Source of the DNA: Psammoneis japonica
Lineage: Eukaryota
Reading direction: 5' to 3'
NCBI GenBank assembly: GCA_008632985.1
Contig: QPGO01000069.1
Location: 1-64,000 of the forward strand
Length of the DNA: 64,000 nucleotides
Shown: in pieces, positions 34,560 to 48,349 of the stretch
How the letters are laid out: each line of letters opens with the position of its first letter
How positions within the stretch are numbered: position 1 is the first letter of the stretch
Notes under the pieces: generated by a model
Told to the model about the DNA's origin: nothing
The model's input: only the letters and a program-made list of their open reading frames with translations
Databases searched by the model: none
Made by a program: the position numbers and the translations under genes

Positions 34560-34856
34560 CTAGCTATCTGTAGAGTACAAGTCTAGAGTAGCTAGTACTT
34601 TCGGCTCTACTCTCTATCTCTACAGTACTTACCTCTCTACTCTCTAGCTAGAGAGTTAGTAGGCCGTACTACTAGCTAGGTAGCTACCGGTACCGGTAGG
34701 CCCTCTAGCTCTGGAGTAGTAGTAGCGAGAGGGTTTTCTCTATCACACCAGTAGTACGTAGAGTACTCTCTACTCTAGCTCTACTCTAGAGCAAGTCTAC
34801 GGTGCTAGCTCTAGAGCTACTCTCTACCTAGAGAGTAGAGAGTAGAGAGGACTACT
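34560..34856. repeat. TpA-dense low-complexity island made of CTAG/GTAC/CTAC/GTAG units
   Basis: About 300 bp of TAGC/TACT/CTAG words, including the 16-bp palindrome CTCTCTAGCTAGAGAG at 34640-34655. Confidence 0.85.
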
Positions 34857-35247
34857 GATGATTGGACACGGAACCGCGCAAAAGAAGTAGCAGTTGCGCC
34901 ACATTTTTTTTTCTTCCACTCGCACGTTGCGTCGAGCACGACGTGTTCCCCTGTCATTGCCTTGGCTATCATTTCCTCGGTTACGCGGGCGGAGCGTCCT
35001 TGTCTTCTCTGTTTTTCTCCCCAACAAATCGAAGTACCGTTCATTGGGTGACTAACTATTCGTCTGTTGGACGCAATAGAGTGTTATCAAGTAGATTGAA
35101 GGCTTACAGGCGAGACAAACGGGTTTGCTGCGAGTCGTTCGCCCCGGTTCCAACAAGGAAAAGCGCATCCAAACGTTTGGCAATGGCAACCGCCCAGCCA
35201 CCCACTACCTGCTAAATCCGTTCCAACCAACGAGGCCAAGAAACATC

Positions 35248-36357
35248 ATGCAGCAGCTTCGAAAGGATCGCAAACTTCCTATTCTATCGGAAATCATATT
35301 CTATCCGGTGCAGTTGACCTTTGCTCTTTTCAATGTGATCTTCGAGCCTCTCGGTATAAAGCCTGCAGTGTCAATGCTTGTTTTCGGAGGAATGTTTGCT
35401 ATTGCTCTTGTACCTATTGCATTTGTCGGCTTTGTTCTTCACACGATCGAATCGACCGGGGTATGGGAGGAAGCCACGGAGATTCTCCTCAAGTGGTTTT
35501 AATTCCCTTTATGGTGTGCTATGTGGTTCAAGTGCTAATTCTTGATAAGACGCACATCACGGTGGAGAACTCAAACCCAATGTATCCAAGGAACGGTATT
35601 GAGAGGGCTGCTAAAGAATTCAGTGAAGCAGCGCTCGACTACTTTCCCTTGACGTGTGTGCCTTGGGCCAAAGATGCGTCTCTGCCTCCAACTGGGCAGT
35701 ACGTATTTGGTGTTCATCCTCACGGCATTCACTGTACGCCGTTGGCCATCTTGACGACAAGAGGATCAGACTTTGATCGGCGGTTTCCGGGAATTGTGGG
35801 ATCAAGGCTTACCGGCTTGGCCGCGACGGTTCTCTTCAAACTACCCCTTGTACGTGAGATTTTTATATACATGGGATATGTGGATGCGAGTCGCTCCGTG
35901 GCAAACAATGTGCTTGCCAGTGGACGCTCCCTCTTTGTGTGTACAGGAGGTGAGGAAGAGTCCATGCTGACTTCCATGGGTAAAGATATTGTCGTTCTCA
36001 AACGTCGAAAAGGTTTCGTCCGACTTGCCCTTTCCCATGGAGCTAGTCTTGTCCCCATGTTCGGGGTTGGGAATTCAGATCTTTATCACACTTATGAATT
36101 CATGGGAGGCTTCAGGCGATGGTTGCAAAAGAATTTCTCTGTTGCTCTTCCACTCTTTCACGGTCGGTACTTGTCACCACTACCTTACAAGAAACCGGTA
36201 ATGTCCTTGTCGGAGCGCCGATTCATACCCCGAACCAAAGGTCCGTGGAGAGCGACCCAACGAAGAGCTTGTCGATGAGTATCACGCAAAGTACATGGAA
36301 GCTTTGGCTGCTCTCCATGCAAAGCACGTCAAGGATCGTAAACTTATCATTCTGTAG
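35248..36357 (+). CDS. DGAT2: Diacylglycerol acyltransferase type 2 (DAGAT family)
   Basis: YFP, FGVHPHG, GGEEES, RRKGFVRLAL..GASLVPMFGVG, VLVGAPI, YHAKYMEAL. Three 1-bp homopolymer frameshifts at ~35497, ~36199 and ~36228. Confidence 0.88.
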
Positions 36358-36569
36358 TTACCTGATTCGGAGAACCTGCCTCAACAACAAAGCTGCAACA
36401 CATCACAAAGATGAATAAATCGCTTGCCCTCTACAAAAGACCAGGTTTTTATTTATCTTTTTTTAATTCCTATCGACATGCATTCCATAACATAATGTAC
36501 ACCAAATTTACTGATAGTCAACCCAACAAATACTACACTCCCAAAACGTACACAAACGACCACCATTCA

Positions 36570-37873
36570 CTATGCATCCACTTCAACTGAGCTCTCCTCC
36601 AAAACAAATTCTGTTCCTTCTTCTTGCTTTTCTTTCTTCTTGCCTCCTGTTACCGCGTTCTTAGTCTTCGAGTAGCCTGCTCCCACGCCTGCGCTCACTT
36701 TCTGGAACACATTCTTCTTCTGGACCTCTTCTTCCTCTTCGTTCTCGCCCGTTAGTCCTTGCTCCATGTCAACCACTGCAGGCTCTTCAGGCGGTGGGGC
36801 GGGGATCTCAGTCTTGGTGTAGGCATCAAAGGTGTTCGGGTCCGGAAGAGCCGCGAGAAGAACGCCAACCTTTTCGCTGTACTCTTCTTCCGAGTACGTA
36901 TCCTTGTACTTGTCAAGCAACGCAAGCTGCTTCTCAATTTCTTCATGCTTGGCACGGCGGACGGCAGCAAGAGTCGCAGCTGCCGCCAGAGCGGCCTGTT
37001 CCTCAGCCAATTGTTCCTCAATATCTTCAGCAGAAGGCACCATAACAACACCTCCTTTTGCCTGTTTCATCGCCAAACAAAAATAGCTTTAGACAACTGA
37101 CAACAGCATTAGAAAGAAAACGAGAAACTATTTACCTTTACTTCCTCCTCCTCTTCTTCATCCGCAGTGGCCTCTTCTTCTTCCCCTTCTTCCTCCTCTA
37201 CGGGTTTCTTGGCGCAGAAAGCACACCATCCATCATTCTCTTCCTTGTCTTTGGAAGCTTCCTTCATCCTCAAAATGAGTGGAACAGGCTTGGGCAGACA
37301 GCATGCGAGACAGCAGGCGAGAAAAAACAAGACGCATGCAGCAGTGGAAATCCAAGTGGAACGGGATGCACTGCAGGGGAATGGGCCGTTTTTAAAGTTT
37401 GGGTCGCACACGGGTGCAACGTAAACAAAGAATGTCAATGCCTGACCCACAAATGCGACAAAGAACGCGCTCGAAATCAAGCAGCGGCTGAATGGGTATC
37501 GGCAACACGTAATTTCCAAAACGATAAGTATCGCACCAACAATACCCAGAATTGCACCAATGTATCCTCCAACCTGTGCAGCTGTAAAGTATCCAGAGAG
37601 ACTATCAAAGTCATCTGAAATCTCAGAACACCCGATATTGTTGGGGTTGTAACGAAAAAGGCCGACCGTGGCATTATTGACAGTGATAAAGTCCGGTTTC
37701 CTGTTATCATCCACTCCATCCGGTGGTGGCGTGGGTGTGTACTTGAAAAACTCGCAGTCACCAAGGACGACAATAGAGCAAATCAAGCCCACAATAGCAA
37801 TCACGACATGCAGAACGCGAAGCAAGATCCCTAGCCATCCTTCCGAGGCGCTCAGTTTTCTTTTCTCTGCCAT
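36570..37873 (-). CDS. Four-TM (claudin-like) membrane protein with acidic/coiled-coil cytoplasmic tail; intron 37062-37135
   Basis: Four hydrophobic segments, a GLF..C extracellular loop motif, and an in-frame splice into a Glu/Lys-rich exon. Confidence 0.65.
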
Positions 37874-38231
37874 GGCTGTTTCAACGTTTCCAAGGAATCT
37901 ATTGCAGCGTTCGCGATTGAAGATATTTTTGAGGGAATCATGTCAGCTGTTGTGACACAAGACCCGCCAAAATTTGCCTTCCGTGGCGTTGAAGAATCAT
38001 CATCCATGGAATCTGAAATCCAGAAAATGGAGTTCGCATCCTGGAATCCGCAATCTCTGGCGAGTTTCTGCGCGATCTCTCTTTGGCGCGGCGGATCTGT
38101 CCGTCTATCCATTTTTTTTTGGCGCTTCAAGTTTGTTCCCGCCCATCATTGCCAGCGCCCATTCTTTATTCACGTCTTTTCTTGCTTCTCTTGCTTTCAC
38201 CACATTCCATAGCACTCCAAATTGGAACACC

Positions 38232-39462
38232 ATGACAAAAGCACTCGACTCAGCATCATCTGGCTTTGACTGCCCTGTAGAGAATTTACTGTCTCGTGAA
38301 AGTGCACCAGCCACAGAAGTAGGGCCGCTTCCAACCATCCATGAGGTGTTGCAGTGCCAATTGTCGTCATGGTACGACACGTTTCGAAATGTACCAGACT
38401 ACCGCCGTTCCAACGTCACCATCAAGTCGATTATACTTGTTCTTCCTCCGTCCTTTATGGATTATCTCTTGAGTGATGGTGTTCGACTACCCGAGGGTGC
38501 TACCAATGTTTCTTCCTGTGTCCCGCCTGAATCTCAAGACATGAACGACTGGTCGAGCGACGATGACAACAACGAAAATGTTTCTCACTCGAACGAGGGA
38601 CCCGAGGCATTTTCCTTCCCAGAACTCAATGAAAGTATAACGTCGGCCATATCATCCCTGGGCGGAGCGGTCATGCCAAAACTCAACTGGTCGGCACCCA
38701 AGGATGCAACGTGGATGAACCACGGCACGATGAAATGCAAGACGGCGGGAGATGTTTACTTGCTTGTCAAGAGCAGCGATTTTGTCCTGCATGATGTTTT
38801 GCATGCGTTTGATAAATGTCAACAAGAACGGACAGAGGCGCATGAAAAGGTTACCTATGAATTAGCGCTAAGGAAGTGGTCCAACCTTAATCCCAGCATG
38901 GAGTTTCGTTGCTTTGTAAATCAACATGAGCTTGGTAAGTCCACAGAAATCGAACACATCATGTCATTCAGGAGTGTGTTTGGATTCATTCTCACTTATC
39001 TTGGATTCTTTCATAGTTGCAATCTCACAGCGAAATCACACGCAGCACTTTGCTCACTTGAAAAACAATCGAGCCGAAATCATGTCACATATTGTGGAAT
39101 TCTTTGAGGACGTTGTATGCGAAAGGTTTGCCCATGGTGAAATTGACAGATATTGTTTTGACGTGTACCTGGATAAGAAGGATCGAATCTGGCTGCTAGA
39201 CTTTAATGTATGGGGAATCCAAACGGATTCTCTCTTGTTTGACTGGCACGAACTCGCACACGGGGTAGCAAGCGAAACGAAGAAACCCGAATTTCGCGTT
39301 GTTGAAACCGAGCTTGAGATCCGACAAGATCCATTGGCATCGTACCGTGCGCCTATTGATACCATTAATTTGGCGTCCTTGTCGGGTGGCGATGTGACAA
39401 ACTTTGAGGAATTCATGAAAATGTGTGAGGCGCCATCCGAAATCGAAAAGTCAGACGTTTGA
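38232..39462 (+). CDS. CDC123: Cell division cycle protein 123 (D123, eIF2 assembly factor); intron 38935-39016
   Basis: PKLNWSAPKDATWM, YLLVKSSDF, EFRCFV, AISQR, FDVY...WLLDFN, TDSLLFDW. Confidence 0.93.
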
Positions 39463-42400
39463 AGCGATGGACAATCTGAGCTTCATCGGTTAAGCCACCG
39501 TTATGCGCGCTATCCTGGAGATTCAAGATGATCCACTGGGCTTAAATTGTAAACCACGGTTTCTGGGCCTTTAGAGTTGTCTCTCTGCTTGTAGATACTG
39601 TACCCTTAAGTCACCAGCCGCCCCTACGAGCTAGGCGACACTGTGAAAGCTAATGTTAAAACAAACTTCGTAGATTAAAACAAAGGAGCACCTTAAACAC
39701 GTTCAGTTACAGCAAATAAAAGAGGTAAAGACAGCAAGCCGACCGCGATTGGCCTTCCCGTCAAAGCGCAACAACAACCCCACGACTGATTTGACAAGAA
39801 GTTTTTGCTCGTCCACAAGATGCCTTCTGTGGATGAGTTTCCACAAGTGTTCCAACACATCTGCAACACCTGCTTCTCTCCAGGGCCCTTCCCAAAGTCC
39901 ATTGATTTGACATTCATCCCAGAGGTCAAGAGGTCCTCACCACAGAAGTCACCAGTCCAAGCATGCACAGAATGTTGTCTCAGTGCCAATTCAGCAGGTC
40001 CATGGCTGCACACAGCTGCTGGCATTTGCACTCCAGCATCCTTCACAATGACTTGTCATCCAAAGAACATTGTCAGGGACTTGTCACAAAAATGACAAGA
40101 TTCTCATTCATCAGCTCCGTCACATCCCATCACTTTTGAATTGTGGGCACCATCAGAGTCATTCTGCTTTTCTGTTTCCACAAGGCCCATCAACCCAGCC
40201 AATTTCCACTCCAACATCTTCAATCAGAGAGTTTTTGTGGATTTGCAGTGATGCGCGAATCTTGGTCACCCAACAATTCAACGCTAGAAGAACTGGCATG
40301 TTTGTTGATCTTGCGCACTTCCACTGCACCACATTGCTTCCTCGCCTGATCACAAAATGAAGGATCATCATCAGCGATGGCAGACAGGTCTGGAGCACCT
40401 TGAAAAGTGCAACCAGTGGACGCGGCAATGGCCCTGACAATGGAGGAAAGAGATGCAATGGCAGAAGGTGGCAAGACTCTGTGGCCCTCTTTCATGACTG
40501 CCCTGCTTCCATTGGTCTTGTTCGGATGATGGAAGGAATGGCGGCATCGTGTGTCCAAAATTGATGATGGCCGAACCAAAAATCTGAACGCGAATCAACT
40601 TGACAACCAACAGAGCACTGGCAGCATCTGCAAGCATCAGATGACAGCAGCGCATGGGTGGCAAGCAGCTTGGGTGCAACCTTGGCAACAGAGGGCAGTC
40701 CATTTTGGAGGTGAATGTGACCATCTTTGCATGGAACAATGGAATGGCCAGAAACAAAAAACTTCGGGGTCTTGAGCAGGCAGGCGTGGATGTCGGCAGG
40801 AAGCACCATCGATTTGGCAGGAAGTTCAAGGGTGCAGCATCAATGTCTGTAGATGGCTTGCCTGCAGGTTCCACAATGGACACAGCAGACTTGACATTCA
40901 AGGAACTGTCATCCACAGGGTCCATCCGAGTGTCCATGGCAAGTGCATCTTCAACAAGAGATGCAACAGCAGTGTTGCAGCTGCTTGCAGCAGAGGCAGG
41001 ATCTGGGCACAACTTGGACTCAGCAAATCCATCAGAACTTGAAGCACTCTTCAATGCATTTGTCACAGTTTGCTCAAACTCTTTTGGACCAGGTGAATGA
41101 GTGGCTGAGGCCTCAGCAAAGTCTTCAGGAGTGGCACCTGCGGTGGCAGCAAGTGGAGGCGCAGGACTTAGAGCACATGATGATTTTGGATGCAGAATGT
41201 CAGAGATGTTGTCCCAACAATCATGATGCTGAAAACCAGGACAGAAGTGGAAATGCAGAGTCTCAACATGTGCAGTTGTGGTGTCCTCGTTCTCTGAGAC
41301 TGCTTTGATCACAGTCTTCTGAAGATCACTGAGGTTCAGACAAGTCAGAGAACCTTGAGGGGTGGCCACAAAGAGAGGATCCTTGTCAATGATTGGTCCA
41401 ATTCATGTGAGATCTTTAGTCAGCACAGCTTGGGGAATGATGAGGTCCTGAACAATTTTGTGATGGAGAGTTGCAAGAGGCCTTGAGGAGCAAATCCATC
41501 CAGAAGATCTTCAGGAGCGGGGATCTTGTCCTGACAAAGGGCACTCAGGAAATGGTGTGCATCGGGTGAGCAATTGTGTGGGTTGAATTCAACCAGTGTC
41601 AACTTGATCTTGGTCAAATTGATGGCATTTGGGGTTTTGTTCACCATGGTTGCAAGGGAAAAAATCAAATTCCCACGCAGAACTCTGGCACATGTGTTCT
41701 ACAGTGGTTGTTTGATCACAAATCAAGAGGCAAAAAAAAACAGCTGTGACAATGATGATGATTTCAACAAAGAAAGATTGCCAAATCACAAAATGGGCAT
41801 TGCAGCGGAGCAGCACAGAGGAAGACAAACAGTGCACTGCTGCTCACAACCTTGCGGACTGCCAGCATTGGGACAATCTGATGGACATCTGGAGCAGATG
41901 ATGATCTTGCACTGGATGAGAAAGAAAGTGAGCAAAGGAAAGATCATCGGATCTCTCCATGCCATCTGTGCATGCCAGTCTGTCCAACACAAAAGGGAGT
42001 GCACTCCCCGTCTTGGATGTCTGTCAATTCATTGTGTTGGGTGACACAGAATGGACATTTTCGGACATCTTGTCAAGAACCTTGGCCAATTGATTGACCA
42101 CCCAAGGGCACCTGCAGTTGGACTGAGCATTTTCAGCATTTGACACCACACTTCTTCATCCCAACCCACCCAGAGTGCAGCAAATGTTCTCATCTTTGCC
42201 TTGTTGCTGTGAGTTTAAAAACCTTCCATGTTTGGATGATGAGATGTGGCTGAGATGCATGATGCCATCTTCTTCTGATTCCACACAGATTCTGAGGAAG
42301 TCTTGAACATCTCCCAAGCTGCACCAACATTCAGTCTTGCAGTGTTGAGTTCTTCTTGGAGAATTTCTGCTGCATCAAGTCCGCCAGCCACCAGGCAGTG

Positions 42401-43250
42401 CAAGCTGTTTTGCTTCAATCAAATGCACCCTTCTCAACTCTGGGTCACTTGAGCCACGACTCTTCCATCATCTTCTTGTCAACTGGCAATTCATTTCAGA
42501 TGCTTTCAGCTTGCTTCCATCCCCACAGATTCATGCAGCAATGCACAATCCTTGGAGCTTCTTTTGTCAGCTTTGAAACATTTTTGAATCCACACACAAA
42601 TTTCACACTCAACTGGAGGGAGCTTGTGGGAAAGCCCACAGATGACCCAGTTGCTTGTGCGGCATGCCAAGTGTGTCTGATGTCTGCCACAGATTGCAAG
42701 CAACAACAGGTGGTGTGGTGTGCATTGAGTTCTGCGAGATGTGCCAGGAGTGCAAGTTTCTCTGCAACTCACCCTTTCTTTCATTTTTGATCTGTCAGCA
42801 TCCTGCCAAGCCTTCAGTTTCTTGACAATGTGAGTCAGAACATTTTGTCTTTTATTTCATCTTCTGTGCAGCAGCAGCCCAGCTGCTGGAAGGATCTTCA
42901 TTTCAGCCATTGGCCGCCATTGACTCTGGAGCTGTGACACACCAGGCTCCCACTCTCCATCTGAGCCTGGACCTCTTTGTGCACTGCTTCAATGAGCTCC
43001 TCATGATTTTGTTGTTTTGTTGCTTGTTGCATGCATGCAGCACTGAGGTCTGCTGAAGCTCCAATTTTGGCAGAGCCATGCCTTGCACTGGCCACCCAAT
43101 TGGTCAACTTTTTCACCCTGATCTTGTTGTCACTTCTGACATCCATGGCTTGCTGGGTGGATCAGGTTTGCCCTCCTGGGGTGTGTGCTCAAAAGATGGG
43201 AAACACAATGGGCTGGTCAAACCCTGTGCACCCAGCTGCCATTTCACATG

Positions 43251-43292
43251 CACAACAACAACAACAACACACAACAACAACAACAACAACAC
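43251..43292. repeat. (CAA)n microsatellite
   Basis: Imperfect CAA run. Confidence 0.9.
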
Positions 43293-45145
43293 ACAAATGC
43301 ATGATGCTTCACAGATTCCATTTGGGTTCATGTTCATTCCAAAGAAAGCCACACATCACATGGCCTCACAGTGAGTGGGCCATCATCTGTCCTCCATGTG
43401 CTGCTGCAAAACATGCTGCAGCTCTGACAAAGCAAGCAAATCCAGAGCACTTGCCTTGCTTTCTCTGTTCCATGATGAGTGAAGCCTCTGCAACAAAACA
43501 AAGAGCAGCCAACTTTCTCCTTGTGTCACAGTTGTTGCAATGCAAGAGTTTTGAAACAAAAGTTTTAACCAAAAATGAGCATTGCGAAGAACACCCCAAG
43601 GAGAGCATGATGACTTTGTGACACAATCTGGCACTGTTAGAATTCATTTGTGATCTCTGCATGTCTGTCTTGACCCAACATGCTCAGGCCCATTCCCACC
43701 CAGCTGGCTGTTGCTGCAAAACAAAGCAAATTCTGTTCCATGTGATTTCCTGTAGAAACTTTTGCACAAAAATTGCACGTCTCTGCAAATCATCTGACAG
43801 TTTGTGGCAGAAAATTTCACAGCAAATTTGAACAACAGCTGTTGAACTGTGTTGCCACAAATTCTCTCCTCTTGCAACAAACACAAGTTTTGTGGCAAAA
43901 GTGCTTTTTAGGAGCTCATGTGGACAGTTGATCATTTCACCACACAGCGTGCCAATGGCATCAGCCTGAGCATCTGCCAGTGACTGTTGTTGCAATCTGT
44001 GCTGTCATGGCAGTTTTTTTCTTGCAATGCTGCAAGACAGAAGCTCTAACTGCAATCCCTGTCACTCTCCACACAGCGCCTGGAGTGACAACATCAAGTG
44101 ACTTGTGCCTCTGAGGTTTCTCAATTGGTCCAGAATGTCTTTTTTTGAGTGTGCTGCTGAACTCTGCACTGACTGTGGGTGGGAGGCACACAGCAAAAAG
44201 CAAAGGCACTTTCTGTGGGGATGCACTCACTTTTTGCAGGTTGTGCTGCACCCAACAGAGCTGTGGAAAGCTTGTTGAAAAAAGGGGGGGACATGGCAAG
44301 TTGCAAAAAAAGGCCACATTGCTAAAAGATTCAATGTGTCCCAAATGTGTGGGCAAAAAAGCACCAGGTTAAATTGAAAGGCACCACTTGTTGAAGGAAA
44401 AGAAGTGACAAAATGCAATGATCTCAGGGAGTCAGAAAAAGAAGAAACTGTTGCTTGTCAGCATCGTCCGTTGTTCACAGCAACTTCAGCAAGCTCTTCT
44501 CAGAGCAGCTCAAAATCTGTGTGTTGCCATGTTTCCTTGCAATGCACTTGAGCCATTGTCAAGCTGCAAGAGCTGACTTAATGTCTGGACAAGAATTTTT
44601 GTTGTGATCACACATCATTTGAGCTTGGTTGTGCTGTTTGGGCTGAGTTCTTGTTGCTGCATTTTTCTGCCATTGTTGTCCTTTGCCAGGTGCAGCAAAG
44701 TTGCAGGAAAGAAGAAGAAGAGCCATTGTGGTGCTGCCTTTTGGTGCACTTTGCATCATGCTGTTGGGCAATTGCTTCGTCATTTTGCAGTGCTCACTCC
44801 TGTCGATCTCATCACAAGACACACGATATGGGAATTTTTTTCAACTGTGCTCCTGTCCACCTCATTGCCCACCATTAATTCCCTCTTTTGCTTTAAGAAG
44901 TTGGGCTCTTTGCAAATGTGAGCAGCAATCACAAAATGGACAATGAGCATTGCTGGCTGGGCCTGCACACTCAACTGCCAGCCATTTTTGATGAGCTTGT
45001 TGAGATGATGTTTTGAACTTTTTCAAGGCTCTTCTGATGCAAAGTTTTCAAGGAAACAAGGCATTTTGTCACCTTGGCATGATGTTGGCTCAACTGGATT
45101 TTTTTTTTTCAAAACAGCCAGTTTGTGACTGCAAGTGTTGCCAAC

Positions 45146-45299
45146 CACAGGAGGGCTGTCACAAACCCATGGCTCCTGCAAGGAATGAGATGCCAAGGCA
45201 CACCCTCATGACAGGGAGCTGACACAGGAGGGCTGTCACAAACCCTTGGCTCCTGCAAGGAATGAGATGCCAAGGCACACTCCCATGACAGGGAGCTGA
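45146..45299. repeat. 2 x 77-bp tandem repeat
   Basis: CACAGGAGGGCTGTCACAAACCC...GACAGGGAGCTGA starts at 45146 and 45223. Confidence 0.93.
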
Positions 45300-46569
45300 G
45301 CATTAGTTTGCCACCCACCAGCTCACCACACAAAGCTGTTGGAGCCAAAAACTGCAGGTCTTGGGAGAAAAATTGAGAGCAAAGAAAGCTGGGCCAATTG
45401 TGTTTGTGAAGAATCTACACAGAGCTTGTTGCTGGGATTCTAAGATCAAAACCCACCAACAATCAACAGCTGATGAACCCTCCATTCTTTCATTTTTCAG
45501 TGGAAAAGAACCCTCCATTCCAGCCTGAGCTGCATCTCAAGTGCTGTTTGTGCAATGCAGTGGTGGGTGGCCAGGCTGTTTTGCCACCGCATTTGCCATG
45601 TTGCCAGCCTGCACCACAATGGAGGCAGTCTTGATGTCCTCTTGCATGGGCCCTTGATGACCTTTTGTCAGGTGGAGTGTCTGTGAGACAACTTCCTGCT
45701 GCACATGCATTTTTAGAAGGAAAAGGGGATTTTTGCAGCCAGTGCATTTGTGATGACATGGAGAGCTGGGTTTTGCACATGATGAAGCTGGTCATTTTGT
45801 GCAAGTGGTTTGAATGGAGCATGGCACCCAGTCTGATCCTGCAGTGGTGGGGTTGACTGTTGTGTGGGAATGTCATGATGGATGTCCAAACACATGGGGC
45901 ATTGGCACATTGAGTTTTGTCACCTGGAAAATGTCAACCTTGACCTGATCAAGCACTTGCACAAAGGCAGACCAGCACTGTCTTCTCGCTGCAATGCCTG
46001 TGCTGATCTGAGGCAATGGGATGCACATGCCTCACAGACAAAGGCAGATTGCTTTCATGGGCTGCAGCACTCATTCTCATGCAATGAAGTTGCACGCTTC
46101 TAAATGTGGCTTTTGCCACTCATTGGCAAGTCACACCACCATCATGTGCAGGGTTGCTTTGGCCTCTTTACAAAGCAATCCATTGCATGAGATGTCACAA
46201 AAGTTGTGAAATGATGACATTGCTCAAGGCAAGGCTTGAAACACTCACATTTTTCCTCTTTCTCATTGTCCAGCAGGACTTTTTCCAGTGACTTGGACAG
46301 GTGTGATGCAACAACTGTGTGTCAGCAACAGTGACACCCAGTGTCAGTCATTCCCTCACAACAGAGAGCCATGGACAGTGAAACATCTCTGCAGTTTTGA
46401 ACTTGTGTGAGTTTGCAGCTGCACTTGGTGAGCCACTGGATCAGCTTTTGGCTTTTGGGCATCCTGAGATGGGATGAGAGTTGATGATGGATTTGTTGTG
46501 CATGCTGAGAAAGGAAAAACTCCCTTTGCCAAGATCAAGCCACTCTGAGCTTGTCACAAATTATGAACC

Positions 46570-48050
46570 CACTCATCATGGCATCAAATGGAGACCTCAT
46601 GTCCCCACATCCAGAACAGTGACTGGGTGGATGAGGTGGAGTTTGGATGCATTGCATGCAAAGAGCATCCCAAAACTCTTCACAAGAGAGTTTGACACAG
46701 TGTCAATGGGTCGCCAATGGCCACACACCAGTCTTGGTGCCATGTCCCAAAGCTTGAGGCTGATTCTCCAAAGATCATCTTGAGTGTCTCCTCATGCATT
46801 TTTTGCACTTTCCTCTTGGCCAATTCTCATTTTGCTTTGCACAAAACCATGGTCTTGTGGGCCATTGATTTGAGTTTTGAGCAGCTGCGCAGCAAGTCAA
46901 TCCTGTGGGAACATGCAAGAGTGCTTGCTTTGCAGCTCTGTGCCACACAAATTCCACTGGATGAGGGATGAACAGCCCTGTAAATTCCATTGGGGTGGCT
47001 TGACAGGTCCTCATCAGCTGGGGCTTGCTGGCCATGCTGCAAACAACTGGCAAGAGTGACAACTGAAGCCTGCCATCAGCTCAAGGACATGTCTGAAGGC
47101 ATGCAAACAATTTGCTGCAGCCCTTTGCTGCATGTCACACATGCTGCTGCCTGCGCTGTGGGGACTTTTGAAGGCTGGCATGAGTGGTCTGTGGGCAGTG
47201 GTGAATCGCAATAATTGCAAGACCACGGGCCACCACCAAGGTCGCTTTTTGGGGATTTTTCATCAATCTGCTGGTCAAACAAGCTCTGCTTGCCAATGAA
47301 ACCTCCAAGGCTGAATTGTTCACTGCCTGAGATGATGGCAAATCTGTGTCATTGGCAGGACAGTGTCCATGCTTGAGACCAATGGCTCTCCTGAGGGAAG
47401 CTGAATTTTCCTGCAGCTGCAGAGTTGTCAGTGCACCAGGGGGGTGCATCAGGGGCTTGGTCACTCATGCATTGGACCAGTGGCCCACATGCTGTCATGC
47501 CCTCCTGTGGGACACCTTTCAGCACTTGCAACAGTTGAAAGTGAACCTTGCCACAGATGGCCAGGTGTGCACTGTGCTGCACAACACATCAAGATCATGC
47601 TTGGTTTGCCAAATCTGTCAGAGGCAAGAGGCATCAATGTGGACAAAAAGCTGTTGTGTTCAAACTTGCATTGCTTCCAGAACATGCTCATCATGTTGGC
47701 TCTGCCTTCAGCACCTGCTTCCAATCCAGCACAAAGCTGGCCCAAGCTTTCTTGGCTTCTGGCATGCTGGCAACCAGTCACGAGAGCACAGCTTTGGCCA
47801 GCACACGGCAAGCTGCCAGATCTCTCCATTGCCAGCTGGACAGATGCCCAAACTTTTGTCAAATGCAAAGAGTCTCTTTGTCATGATTGCCTGACAGGCT
47901 GCCCATGGAGGAGTTGCTTGCCAGCCAGCTTGCAAACATGCATGCCCCTCTCCCCCCCCCCTTTGCCCAGAGCGGAGCGACACGGCATTGGCATCTGACC
48001 CACCAAGTCCTGCACTTCCAGATGATGTTCTCATGATGGGACATCTTGAA
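46570..48050 (-). mobile_element. Remnant of a CRE/R2-group non-LTR retrotransposon reverse transcriptase
   Basis: Degenerate motifs in the expected order: SGSAGLGGSDA, PPWAACQAIMTKRLFAFDKSLGICPAGNGEIW, QLCAGLEAGAEG, WPSVARFTFNCCK, PWCTDNSAAAGKF (WYADD-like, ~47404-47438), EFWDALCMQC...PSHCSGCG. Confidence 0.75.
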
Positions 48051-48349
48051 GCTCAGACAGTTCACTGAATTTGTGAAACTGGTCTTCTTCCCGAGGCATC
48101 GAATCAAAACGAGCGGACGACCTTGTCGTACATATGTTCGGCGACGAGTTACATCGCCTGTCAAGACAAACACTGGCTGTCCAAGCACTGTCAATGACAG
48201 TAATTTTTACAGAGATGAATAATTTCAAATGCAGCATTCTATCGCGATCGCTTATTTTGCACGCAGGTGCGACACGTGCGAAACGTGAAACCGCTACAGT
48301 TACTGTAGTAGAGCATTGCCCGCATTGAGCTTGCCTACAGCATTAGTAC

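Larger units (their letters stand above)
39780..46560. mobile_element. Large block of unassigned TE relics, nearly devoid of TpA and CpG
   Basis: Same composition as the identified TE remnants. ORFs are nearly Tyr-free and rich in Cys/His/Gln, with no recognisable domain. Confidence 0.55.

Noticed and set aside
45146..45299. Tandem repeats (77 bp here, 60 bp at 50061) as CRISPR-like arrays
   Set aside because: Only two adjacent copies, no spacers, eukaryotic context.
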